Notes under the pieces: generated by a model
Told to the model about the DNA's origin: nothing
Databases searched by the model: none
The model's input: only the letters and a program-made list of their open reading frames with translations
Position numbers and translations under genes: made by a program
Assembly (NCBI GenBank): GCA_965248575.1
Contig: CBDFJQ010000002.1
Span: 3,168,001 to 3,232,000, forward strand
DNA: 64,000 nt
Direction: 5' to 3'
Source: Planctomycetota bacterium
Lineage (GTDB): Bacteria; Planctomycetota; B15-G4
Part shown: piece after piece, positions 36,348 to 45,634 of the stretch
How positions within the stretch are numbered: position 1 is the first letter of the stretch
How the letters are laid out: every line of letters begins with the position of its first letter

Positions 36348-38915
36348 ATGCATGCCCCCCCTCCCTCCGCATTGAGCAGCCCTTCTCCGCACGGGGTTTC
36401 CGCGGCCTGTGCAGGCTTCCAGCGCCTGGCATCGCCCGCAGCGTGCTGGATCATGTTGGTGCTCGCACTCCTGGTGGCCAGCTCCTGCAGCCCCCCGCAG
36501 CCGGACCTGCGGGTCGAGGGCGTGCACGACCTCTACGCGCTCTTCGGCACGGCCGCCGTGCAGAGCGGCATCGTCTCCGAAGACCCGCCCGTCCTGCTCT
36601 ACCGCCTGGTGTATCTGGACAACAAGGTGGACGACCGGGACGGCATCGCCTCCATCCATGCGCCCGCCCGCACCGCCGTGACCTGGCGCCAACTCGCGAC
36701 CCATGGCCCGGCCCGCCTGAGCTTCGGGTGCGGGGTCGTGCCCATGGAGACCCGCGCAGCAGTCACCAGCGGCAAGCCGCTCCCAGCCTCCTTACGTGTT
36801 CCGGTGCGCTTCCAGGTCGAGGGCTTTGACAGTGCCGCGGGCGAGACCAGCTTCCGCCCCCTCTTCGACGAGACCTTGGCCCCCACGGATCTCGCCACAC
36901 TGGACGAAGTGCGCCGCTTCGAGCTGCAGCTCCCCGAGCGCGCCCACGCCTCGTGGACACTGCGCTTCAGCACGATCCGTGTGGAGCCACCCGCAGCCTC
37001 ATCCGGCGGCGCGCTGGCCAGCGTGAACTGGCCCGGTTGGTTCGAACCCATGCTCCGCTCGGATGGCCGCCCTCTGGCCGCAGACGAGGCGCCGGTGGTC
37101 GTGCGCACGGTTCACGAGGATCTCGTGGCCTCGCTGGACACGGCAGAGGTTCTGCAGGAGAACCCGGACGACGTCGTGCGCAGCCGCGCCTTCGACGCCG
37201 CGCTGGAGGTCCCGGTCTTCGGCGGGCGGCGCACCCTGGTCTCCGCTAGCGCACCGAGCCGTGTGCGCTGGCAGTTGAGCATCCCTCCCGACAGCGCCCT
37301 CGACTTCGCCGTAGGCATGGACAGCGAACAGGGCTGGAACCTGCCCGGCGATGGCATGAGCTTCGCCGTGGAGATCGACGGGAAGCGAGCCTGGGCGCAA
37401 TCGCTGAATCCACACAGCGTGACGAACGATCGCGGTTGGCACCTGGCGAGCATCGACCTGACCCCCTGGGCAGGGCGCACGGTGGACCTCGAGCTCGTCA
37501 CGGAGACCGGCGACGACCTGTTGCACGATGTGGGCGGCTGGGCCAACCTGCGCATCTTGGGCAACAAGAGCACGCGCCGACTGGCTAAGGGCGAGGCGCC
37601 CAATGTGCTCGTCCTGCTCATGGACACCCTGCGGGCAGACCGCTTCGGTTGCTACGGCAACCCCAATGCCCTCACGCCGCGCATGGACGCCGTGGCCGCC
37701 ATGGGCGTGCGCTTCGCCGACACCCGCACCGTCGCCTCCTACACCTGGCCCTCCACCGCCTCGCTCTTCACGGGCCTCTACCCCCACGCCCATGGCGTCC
37801 TGGGCAACGGGCAGGCCTATCTGGTGGATCGGGTGGAGACCCTGGCCGAGCTGTTCTCCGAAGCCGGCTACACCACGGGCGCCTTCGTGGCGAACCCTCT
37901 CATCAGCCGCGCCGGAAATTTCCAGCAGGGCTTCGAGACCTTCGTGAACGCCCCCTCGGTGCGCGCCCGGGCGCTCAACGACCGGGTCAGCCATTGGCTG
38001 GAGGGGCGCGAAGACACCGCTCTCTTTACCTACGTCCACTACTTCGACCCACACAACCCCTACAACGCTCCTGCGGGCCATGTCCCCGGCGAAGACACGG
38101 TGCCCGGCTACAGCCAGACCGACAGCGCCTCCCTCCCGCACCTGGAGCACACCTACCCCGACGTAATCTGGGACAAGAAGCAGCAGCGTGACTTCCAGCT
38201 CCAGAACAACGGAAACCTGAAGGACTACGACGGCGAGGTGCTCTACCAGGATGCGGCCATCGGCGAGCTGCTCGACGAATGGAAGGCGCGCGGCTTGCTC
38301 GACAACACGATCGTGGTGCTCATGTCCGATCACGGCGAGGAGTTCTTCGACCACGGGCGGCCGTTCCACGGCCCCAACCTCTACGACGAGAGCCTGCACA
38401 TCCCGCTGATCCTCACGGGCTATGGCGAGGCCGCGCTCGAGCCAGCCGTGGTCTCCCAAGCCGTGCACATCACGGACATCCTGCCGACCCTCTGCGAACT
38501 GAGCGACATCGCCCCACCTCGCAGCCCCGTGGATGGTCGGCCCTTGCTCCCTGACGGGCGCGCGCCGACCCGTCGCCTGCACGACGAACCGCTCTACTTT
38601 CTCTCCATGAACGGCGAGGCTGTGGGCGTGGATGGCATGACGGAAAAGCTGGCGGTGCTCTCGCCGCCCTGGAAGCTCATCCACACCCCCGTCACCCAGG
38701 CCATTGAGCTGTACCGGCTCGATGTCGACCCCGGCGAACTCAACGATCTCAGCCAAACGGAACCGGCCCAGGCGCAACGACTCATGAAGTCACTGGAGGC
38801 CTGGCTCACCAGCGCCATCCAAGGCGGGGCCAACGACACGGGCGTCAGCCCCGAGCAGGCTTGGTTCCTGCAGCAACTCGGCTACGTCGACGGCACGTCA
38901 GGCGACGGGCACTGA
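36348..38915 (+). CDS. Sulfatase/alkaline-phosphatase superfamily lipoprotein with N-terminal beta-sandwich domains (paralog 1)
   Basis: PNVLVLLMDTLRAD, SYTWPSTASLFTGLYP, YVHYFDPHNPY, SDHGEEF, LYDESLHIPL, LQQLGY; start may be 36453. Confidence 0.88.
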   Translation: MHAPPPSALSSPSPHGVSAACAGFQRLASPAACWIMLVLALLVASSCSPPQPDLRVEGVHDLYALFGTAAVQSGIVSEDPPVLLYRLVYLDNKVDDRDGIASIHAPARTAVTWRQLATHGPARLSFGCGVVPMETRAAVTSGKPLPASLRVPVRFQVEGFDSAAGETSFRPLFDETLAPTDLATLDEVRRFELQLPERAHASWTLRFSTIRVEPPAASSGGALASVNWPGWFEPMLRSDGRPLAADEAPVVVRTVHEDLVASLDTAEVLQENPDDVVRSRAFDAALEVPVFGGRRTLVSASAPSRVRWQLSIPPDSALDFAVGMDSEQGWNLPGDGMSFAVEIDGKRAWAQSLNPHSVTNDRGWHLASIDLTPWAGRTVDLELVTETGDDLLHDVGGWANLRILGNKSTRRLAKGEAPNVLVLLMDTLRADRFGCYGNPNALTPRMDAVAAMGVRFADTRTVASYTWPSTASLFTGLYPHAHGVLGNGQAYLVDRVETLAELFSEAGYTTGAFVANPLISRAGNFQQGFETFVNAPSVRARALNDRVSHWLEGREDTALFTYVHYFDPHNPYNAPAGHVPGEDTVPGYSQTDSASLPHLEHTYPDVIWDKKQQRDFQLQNNGNLKDYDGEVLYQDAAIGELLDEWKARGLLDNTIVVLMSDHGEEFFDHGRPFHGPNLYDESLHIPLILTGYGEAALEPAVVSQAVHITDILPTLCELSDIAPPRSPVDGRPLLPDGRAPTRRLHDEPLYFLSMNGEAVGVDGMTEKLAVLSPPWKLIHTPVTQAIELYRLDVDPGELNDLSQTEPAQAQRLMKSLEAWLTSAIQGGANDTGVSPEQAWFLQQLGYVDGTSGDGH

Positions 38916-38981
38916 GGGAAGCTGCCTCGGAGCCACCCCGGGAGCAGACCCAAGCACGAACTCGAACAGGGCGACGAGCCC

Positions 38982-40049
38982 CTACGACACCCGCTGCAAC
39001 CAGGCACAGGTGTCACCGCCCTCGACCGGCACGGAAGCGGGCAAGAGCAGGGGGACCTCCGCTTCCTCCGGGAGCGCAACCTTGCCGAAACGGAAACCCA
39101 CCCGGGTCTCTGCGGCCCAGCCGTGGGTCTGTGCCGCCCAGACGGCCCACGCCCGCGCCACGAATCCGAATGTCCAGCGGGGGTTCACCTCGCACAGGGA
39201 GCGGAAGGCTCGCTTTCCATCCGGCTTGCGGTAAGCGAAGGCATCGACGCTGAACGGCCCGAGGTAACCGGCCTGCGCCAGCTGGCCGCCGACCCTCGTG
39301 CTGACGAGTTGAAGTTCCTCCCACTCGGCCGTCGACAGCTCAGGCAAGGGCTCATGACCCAGCATCACATCCACGCCGCGAAAACCCCCGGTGGAGGTGA
39401 CGTGCAGGCGATGCCCTCCTTCGAGACGCACGCCACCCTGCTCCACCACGCCCCGGCAGCCCACATCCAGCAAGCGCGGCAACCAGGGTTCCAGCAGGGC
39501 GCCACCAGCCTCTCCGCCGGGCGCTGCAAGCATGGCCCTCACGGCTGGCGATTCGTCCACAGCCGTCCCATCCCGCAGGGCCGTACCCCGACCGTGCAGG
39601 GCCCCGCGCCCCGCCGAAGACCATTCGGACTTGAGCACCCAGGGGAACTCCTCGCTGCAGCCGCGCTGGCTCAGGGCCGCGTACAGCTCATCGACGTCGT
39701 GCACCCAGCGGATGCCTTCCAGGGAGGCCGACTGCATGACCTGCATGCACTCCAGGTCGAACCGGCGACTGAAGATGCGGGCGTTGCTGCCTCTCTCATC
39801 CGCCCAACGGATTCTCGGTTGCAGAAGACGCTGGCCCTCCCCGCTCAGATAGGTAGGGGAAGGCAGCCCGGCCAGTTCGGGCACCCGGCTCACGTCCAGC
39901 TCCCGGGGGGTCCAGAGGCCTTCACGGGGTCGTGCCAACACCCGCAAGAGGGAGCCCGCTGCAGAGAGCCTTCTCTGCAGCGACTCGGGCAGGGTTTGCC
40001 CCCCCAGACGCGCTTCCACATCCAGGTTCGCCAGCACCCCCTCGTTCAT
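38982..40049 (-). CDS. ATP-grasp fold protein
   Basis: WVLKSEWSSAGRG, LLEPWLPRLLD, GYLGPFSVDAF, CEVNPRWT. Confidence 0.7.
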   Translation of the reverse strand: MNEGVLANLDVEARLGGQTLPESLQRRLSAAGSLLRVLARPREGLWTPRELDVSRVPELAGLPSPTYLSGEGQRLLQPRIRWADERGSNARIFSRRFDLECMQVMQSASLEGIRWVHDVDELYAALSQRGCSEEFPWVLKSEWSSAGRGALHGRGTALRDGTAVDESPAVRAMLAAPGGEAGGALLEPWLPRLLDVGCRGVVEQGGVRLEGGHRLHVTSTGGFRGVDVMLGHEPLPELSTAEWEELQLVSTRVGGQLAQAGYLGPFSVDAFAYRKPDGKRAFRSLCEVNPRWTFGFVARAWAVWAAQTHGWAAETRVGFRFGKVALPEEAEVPLLLPASVPVEGGDTCAWLQRVS

Positions 40050-40858
40050 GAGCGAGCACCCTCGCTGGCGGCCAGGCGCGCGAGAAAGTCCGGCGGCAAA
40101 CCCACGGCGCTCCGCACGTCCTCATGCAGGGTGCGCCCCCGGGCGAGGGCCGGACGGAGCGGCCAGACCAGGCTGCTCTCCCAGGCTTCGACGCAACTCT
40201 GGTCGGCCTCCTTGAACTGCTCCAGCCACTGCAAGCCGAAACGTACGTGGCGAATCTCATCGGCATGCACTTCGCGCAGAACGGCCGCGGTGTCCTTGTC
40301 CCCCACCGCCTCCGCTGCCGCCGCGTAGTCCAGGGTGTGGTCCAGGTTGGCGTTCTCGAACGTCAGGCACATCGAGCAGACAAAGCGGAGCGGCGTCGAG
40401 AAGTGTTCGAGTTTGCCCCAGAAGTAGCCGCTGAGAGGGTGGTCGCCGAAGCGCACACCGTGCTCTTCCAGGCGTTCGATGTAGAGACGCGCATGCCGCT
40501 GCTCATCCCGAAGGGCGCTCAGTAGACCCTGTCGGAAGGCGCTGGGCGACTCGGGGAACGCGAGCAGCGCCCATGCGAAAAGCTCCACGGCCTGCAGCTC
40601 GTGATTGGCGAAGGCGTGCAGGATGCGCGCCCGCTGCGCCGGATCCGCCATGCCCTCCAAGGGCGGCACCTTCGTCTCGGGGCCGCTGCGGATCGCCAGG
40701 CGGGATTCCCGCCGGGGCTCGCGCGGCAAGTACTCCGGCACCCGGCCGACTGGCTCATCAACCAGACTGCGCGCAGGCGCCTCGAGCTTTGCTTCGAGTT
40801 CGGTCGAACACACGATGCGCTCGGCGACCTCACGCAGGCTGGAATCGGCACGGTCCAT
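40046..40858 (-). CDS. DUF455 family ferritin-like diiron protein
   Basis: LHAFANHELQAVEL, DEQRH, ENANLD, HADEIRHVRFG; start MDRADSS at 40858. Confidence 0.85.
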   Translation of the reverse strand: MDRADSSLREVAERIVCSTELEAKLEAPARSLVDEPVGRVPEYLPREPRRESRLAIRSGPETKVPPLEGMADPAQRARILHAFANHELQAVELFAWALLAFPESPSAFRQGLLSALRDEQRHARLYIERLEEHGVRFGDHPLSGYFWGKLEHFSTPLRFVCSMCLTFENANLDHTLDYAAAAEAVGDKDTAAVLREVHADEIRHVRFGLQWLEQFKEADQSCVEAWESSLVWPLRPALARGRTLHEDVRSAVGLPPDFLARLAASEGARS

Positions 40859-40936
40859 GTCGGAGAGCCTAGCAAGCTGCCAACCGTGTCTGCTTGCGAC
40901 GGCTGGTACCATCGGCGCCTTTCCACGGCCGACCCC

Positions 40937-43429
40937 ATGCCTGCCTCTGCTCGCCAACACGCTTCCGCATCGCCGATGCCCAGGTCTCGGTGGAGCCGAC
41001 TCTTGCTCATGGCAGGGTTGTCGCTCGCCTGCTCCGCATGTGCCGAGCAGAGCGCCCCGCTCCGGGTGGAGCGCGTCCATGACCTGGTCAGCATGCTGCC
41101 CAGCGCCGAAGCCACGGGACGCCATCCCTACACCCTCGGCCTGCGCCCTGACATCGACAACGAGGTCGACGATCGAGATGGCATCGTCTACATCCGCGCC
41201 GCGAACGAAGCGGCCTACACCTTTCGCGAGCTGAGCACCTCCGGTGCGGCAGAGTTGAGCTTCGGCATCGGCGTCCTGCTTGAACAAGGCGGACAGCAGA
41301 CACCGAAACCCGGCCCCATCACATTCCGCATCGAGGCGATGGAAGCGGATGCAACGCACGGCGCCTTCATCACGGTCTTCGAAGAGTCCCACCCGGCGGC
41401 GTACTTCCCAGCCCCGGAGCTGCGCACCGACCACCGGCTGACGCTGCCCGACCCGGCCTTGGACGTCCTCCAGAACGACGCCGGGGCGAAGAACAGGGAC
41501 GGGCCCGAACGCCATTGGACCCTGCGCTTCTCCTCTGCCCTCACCAGCGGGGGCCAGGGCCGCCGCACCTGGCCGGGATGGTTCCAGCCCGTGCTCCGCT
41601 CCCAGGGACGCCTCGCGAGCCTGGAAGAACGTGCCGTCCCCACGCGCCACGTCGCCCTCGACCTGCTGCAGGCCTTCGACTCAGCCCAGGTGCTGCAGGA
41701 GTCCGCAGCCGCTGCCGTCCGGCGCGCGCCGCTCGATGCCGCGGAGGGCGTGAACGTCCACGGTGGCCCCCGGAATTCACTGGCGGCCACAGCTCCCTCG
41801 CGCATCGCCTGGGAGCTCGACATTCCCCGCAGCGCCACGCTGGACTTCGCCTGTGGCATGGACACCCACAGTGGCTGGATGCTCCCGGGCGATGGCATGT
41901 CCTTTGCCGTCGAGGTCAACGGCGAGCGCATCTGGTCGCGCTTCCTCAATGGCCACGAGGTCGAGCTGGAACGTGGGTGGAAGCCCGCGTCCCTCGACCT
42001 GTCGCCCTGGGCCGGTCAACGAGTGAGCCTCGAGCTCATCACCGAAACGGGAGAGGACGGCGAGCACGATGCCGGTGCCTGGGCCCATCCGCGCATCCTG
42101 GAAGCGGGGGAGACCCCGCGTCGCGCGGCAGGCGACGGGCCGAACGTGCTGCTGATCGTGATCGACACCCTGCGTGCGGACGCCCTCGGTTGCTACGGAG
42201 CGCCGGGCAACCCCACACCCCGTCTGGATGCCTTGGCTGCCCAGGGAGTGTTCTTCTCCCAGTCCCGTTCGGTGTCCTCCTTCACCTGGCCCGCGACGGG
42301 CAGCATCCTCACCGGGCTCTACCCCCATGCCCATGGCGTGGTGGGCCGCAAGCGAGCGTTCCTGGCAGATCATCTCGAGACGCTGGCCGAGCTCTTCACC
42401 GCAGACGGTTACAGCACGGGAGCCTTCGTGGCGAACCCCATCGTGGGCTCCGCCACGAACTTCCATCAGGGTTTCGAGAGCTTCGCCAACCTGCCTCAGG
42501 CCCGGGCCCGCGCACTCAACGAGCGCGTCATGCTCTGGACGGAGAATCAGCAAGGCGCGGCTGTCATGGCCTACGTGCACTACTTCGACCCGCACGACCC
42601 CTATCTGCCCCCCGCTGAGTTCCGGCCGGAGCTGGAGATCGATGCCGTCAGCACCGCGCTCGACGACGTCTCCATCCGCCACCTCACGGCACTCAAGGGC
42701 GACGACGTCGACGCCAGCTGGGACGCCGAGAAGGTCGATCTCTTCGGCCGCTCCGTCCGACTCGACGAATTGCTCTACGAGGCTGAGGTGCGCTACACCG
42801 ACGCTGCCATCGGCGAACTCATCGACGCTTGGCAAGCCGCAGGGCTGCTGGACGACGCCTTGGTGGTCGTCACCGCCGACCACGGTGAGGAGTTCTACGA
42901 GCACGGCCGTCCCTATCACGGCACCCACCTCTGGGAGGAGAGCATCCGCGTGCCGCTCTGGGTGACGGGCTTCGGCAAGAGCGCCTTTCCCGGGCGCCGC
43001 GTCGACACACCGACCAGCGTCGTGGACATCCTGCCCACCCTGCTCGAAGCCCTCGGCCTCGAGGCGCCGCCCTACGACCTGCCCGGCAGGTCGCTGCTGG
43101 ACTCCTTCAGCACGGAGCCCTCCTTTGCGCACACCGCCTCTGGGCTGGAGCTGGGCTTCGAGGGTGCCCTCGATCGGCTCTGCGCCACGCTCCCTCCATG
43201 GAAGCTGATCTGGACGCCGGGAGCCGAGCTCGCTCAGCTGTACAAGCTCGACGAGGACCCGCGAGAGGCCGTCGATGTCGCCGCGCAGCATCCCGACGTC
43301 GTGGCGCGCCTCAAGGGGGCCATCGACGCCTGGTTGGAAGCGTCCATCCGCGCCGCACCCGAACACGACGGAGCCGTGGGCCAGGAGATGCAAAGCTGGC
43401 TCGAGGCGCTGGGCTACACCGGGCGCTAG
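40937..43429 (+). CDS. Sulfatase/alkaline-phosphatase superfamily lipoprotein (paralog 2)
   Basis: PNVLLIVIDTLRAD, SFTWPATGSILTGLYP, YVHYFDPHDPY, ADHGEEF, LEALGY; collinear with paralog 1. Confidence 0.88.
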   Translation: MPASARQHASASPMPRSRWSRLLLMAGLSLACSACAEQSAPLRVERVHDLVSMLPSAEATGRHPYTLGLRPDIDNEVDDRDGIVYIRAANEAAYTFRELSTSGAAELSFGIGVLLEQGGQQTPKPGPITFRIEAMEADATHGAFITVFEESHPAAYFPAPELRTDHRLTLPDPALDVLQNDAGAKNRDGPERHWTLRFSSALTSGGQGRRTWPGWFQPVLRSQGRLASLEERAVPTRHVALDLLQAFDSAQVLQESAAAAVRRAPLDAAEGVNVHGGPRNSLAATAPSRIAWELDIPRSATLDFACGMDTHSGWMLPGDGMSFAVEVNGERIWSRFLNGHEVELERGWKPASLDLSPWAGQRVSLELITETGEDGEHDAGAWAHPRILEAGETPRRAAGDGPNVLLIVIDTLRADALGCYGAPGNPTPRLDALAAQGVFFSQSRSVSSFTWPATGSILTGLYPHAHGVVGRKRAFLADHLETLAELFTADGYSTGAFVANPIVGSATNFHQGFESFANLPQARARALNERVMLWTENQQGAAVMAYVHYFDPHDPYLPPAEFRPELEIDAVSTALDDVSIRHLTALKGDDVDASWDAEKVDLFGRSVRLDELLYEAEVRYTDAAIGELIDAWQAAGLLDDALVVVTADHGEEFYEHGRPYHGTHLWEESIRVPLWVTGFGKSAFPGRRVDTPTSVVDILPTLLEALGLEAPPYDLPGRSLLDSFSTEPSFAHTASGLELGFEGALDRLCATLPPWKLIWTPGAELAQLYKLDEDPREAVDVAAQHPDVVARLKGAIDAWLEASIRAAPEHDGAVGQEMQSWLEALGYTGR

Positions 43430-43440
43430 AGCCGCGCTTT

Positions 43441-45057
43441 TCAGCGCTTGCTGAAGATCAGCGGGTTCCGCACGTCGAACTTCAGGCGCAGGGTCCGGGT
43501 GGCCACACCGTCGCTGACCTGCAGCTTGGCAAAGGTCTTGCCCACATCCTGGAACTGGGGTGCCCAGAGCAATGTGCCGGCCATCGCGTCGTAGCTGGCG
43601 CCCTGGGCAAAGGCACCCACACCCATCACGGGCGTCACCGTGAGTGGGTCGCCATCCCGGTCCGCCACCAGGATCGGGAGCGCGAAGGGCACGCCCACGA
43701 GGACCTGGGTCGGGGCCACCTTGCTCGCCACGGGCTTGCGGTTTTTCGGGCTCGTGTCGACCGGCAGGATCCGGATCCGGTAGGTGAACACCTGCGCTGG
43801 CGCGCCCGTGCCGTCGTCCACGCTCACATGGAAGCTGTACTTTCCCACGGGGCCCGCGCTGGGCCAGTTGACGGTGCGGGTGCCGGCGTCAAAGGAGGCC
43901 CCGGCGGGCAGCTCCCCAAAGTGGGGCGCCACGAACAGCTGGTCCTCGGCCTGGTCGAGATCGTTGGCCAAGAGGGGCAGGGCGATCGTCTCACCTTCGA
44001 TGGCCTTGACCGAATACACCGCCGCGCGCGGCAGCGAGTTGTCGACGTCCGTCAGATCGGGTGCCGTATCCCCCAGCGCCAGGCGCACGTAGCGCTTGCC
44101 CGTGAGGTCGACCTGGAGATCGGTGCTCGTGCCCCGGTAGAGCTCTCCGTCCCAACGTACGGCCCAGAAGTCGCCGTTCAGGACAGCCAGGTCGACGAAG
44201 GACTCTGCCTTCTTGCTGGTCTTGGTCTTGCCCGGATAGTCCACCAGCTCGTTCACGACATCCGCCGAGGAGTAGACGCGACCATCCCGGCGCAACACGT
44301 ACCACGTGCCGTCCGCCGAGAACTCCAGGTCGACGTAGCGATGGCCGCCGCGCAGCTTCTCGGCCTTCTTGGGAAACGGCAGGTCTGGAAGCACCGTGGG
44401 CTCAGGGTCTCCCACGGCCCAGGACTGCATCTGGCCGTCCCCCCGCAGCGCCACGAACTCACCCGAGACGGGGTTCGCCACCATGCGCACCCACAGGCTC
44501 TCGCCGAAGACCCCCTTGCCCTCCTTGTTCTCCAGCTTGCTCTTCGTGCCGTCGAAGTCCGTCACCGCAAGGGGCTGGTCGTCGACGAAGACGGAGCCGT
44601 CCGCACGCAGGACGTAGACCCGGCCGGCCTGGGCCAACAGGTCCTGGAACAGGAAGCCCTGCTTCTTGAAGGACACCGTGATTCCGTTCACGGACAACAG
44701 ACCGTCGGTGCGCAGGGCATGCACGGCACCGCCGTCCACGATCAGACGCCGCCAGAGGAAGGTCGACACGAAGAACGGCAGATCCTGGAGCTTGGCGCCG
44801 TTCTTCTCCACGCGCCCATCGAGGCGCAGGGAGTAGCGGTCGGCACCGTCCACCACGAAGTCCGTCCAGCGATCGGTGCCCTTGGGGGCATCCAGATCCT
44901 GGGGGTTGAAGGCACCCGTAAGGGTGTCGAGCGGTGTCGAGTTGAGTAACACTCGCCCCTTCTCGTTCACTGAGTAGACCAGGAACGAGGGCCCGCCAGC
45001 CCGTGCACCCGAGGCCATGGCCAACAGAGCGAGAGCGAGGCAGAGGCAGCGCAGCAT
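43441..45057 (-). CDS. Secreted protein with propeller-like repeats and C-terminal Ig/cadherin-like domains
   Basis: Signal peptide; repeated Y.LR.DG.V units; ANDLDQ/ADRDGDPL and GASFDAGT/GASYDAMAG Ig-like modules. Confidence 0.65.
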   Translation of the reverse strand: MLRCLCLALALLAMASGARAGGPSFLVYSVNEKGRVLLNSTPLDTLTGAFNPQDLDAPKGTDRWTDFVVDGADRYSLRLDGRVEKNGAKLQDLPFFVSTFLWRRLIVDGGAVHALRTDGLLSVNGITVSFKKQGFLFQDLLAQAGRVYVLRADGSVFVDDQPLAVTDFDGTKSKLENKEGKGVFGESLWVRMVANPVSGEFVALRGDGQMQSWAVGDPEPTVLPDLPFPKKAEKLRGGHRYVDLEFSADGTWYVLRRDGRVYSSADVVNELVDYPGKTKTSKKAESFVDLAVLNGDFWAVRWDGELYRGTSTDLQVDLTGKRYVRLALGDTAPDLTDVDNSLPRAAVYSVKAIEGETIALPLLANDLDQAEDQLFVAPHFGELPAGASFDAGTRTVNWPSAGPVGKYSFHVSVDDGTGAPAQVFTYRIRILPVDTSPKNRKPVASKVAPTQVLVGVPFALPILVADRDGDPLTVTPVMGVGAFAQGASYDAMAGTLLWAPQFQDVGKTFAKLQVSDGVATRTLRLKFDVRNPLIFSKR

Positions 45058-45062
45058 GAGCT

Positions 45063-45380
45063 TCACCCGCCCTGTTGCTTCACGAGCTCCTCGCGAAAGC
45101 CCGAATACTCTGCGACCACCAGGGCCGGGGGCGGATTGCACGAATCGATGCCCTTCGCCTCGTACTGCTGCAGGTGCTTCGCGCTCGCAATGACGTCATC
45201 CAGGGCGGCGAGCTTCTCCTCGTAGGTCTGTCCCCGTTCGTGGAGATGCATCGCCTCGTAGATGACGTTGCTGTGCTTCTCGATGTCGGGCGAGACCGTC
45301 GGCTCGCACGCCTTACACAGGCCTTCCTTGTCCACCTTCTGGAAGAGCCCACCTTTTTCACAGTATTTGCATCGTGCCAT
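45063..45380 (-). CDS. Small hypothetical protein with N-terminal zinc ribbon
   Basis: MARCKYC..15 aa..CKAC followed by a helical region. Confidence 0.6.
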   Translation of the reverse strand: MARCKYCEKGGLFQKVDKEGLCKACEPTVSPDIEKHSNVIYEAMHLHERGQTYEEKLAALDDVIASAKHLQQYEAKGIDSCNPPPALVVAEYSGFREELVKQQGG

Positions 45381-45634
45381 GGCGCGCATCCTACCGATCG
45401 GCGCACGTCTCCGCTTCCCATCAGGAGCCGGCGAAGCGAGGCCCCTGACGCGGGCCTCCCGGCGCAGAAATTGCCGACCCACATGGCCCGGGGGCTGTCG
45501 ACTTGGCTGGGCCACGGTAGGCTTGTGGTCCTCTCCCAGTACTCTCTCCCACGCCACCCGCTGCCGCAGGGCCCGCCCCGAAACGGTCCCCGGCTTGACC
45601 TCGCAGCAACGGCGCACCCCAAGACGTCCACACC

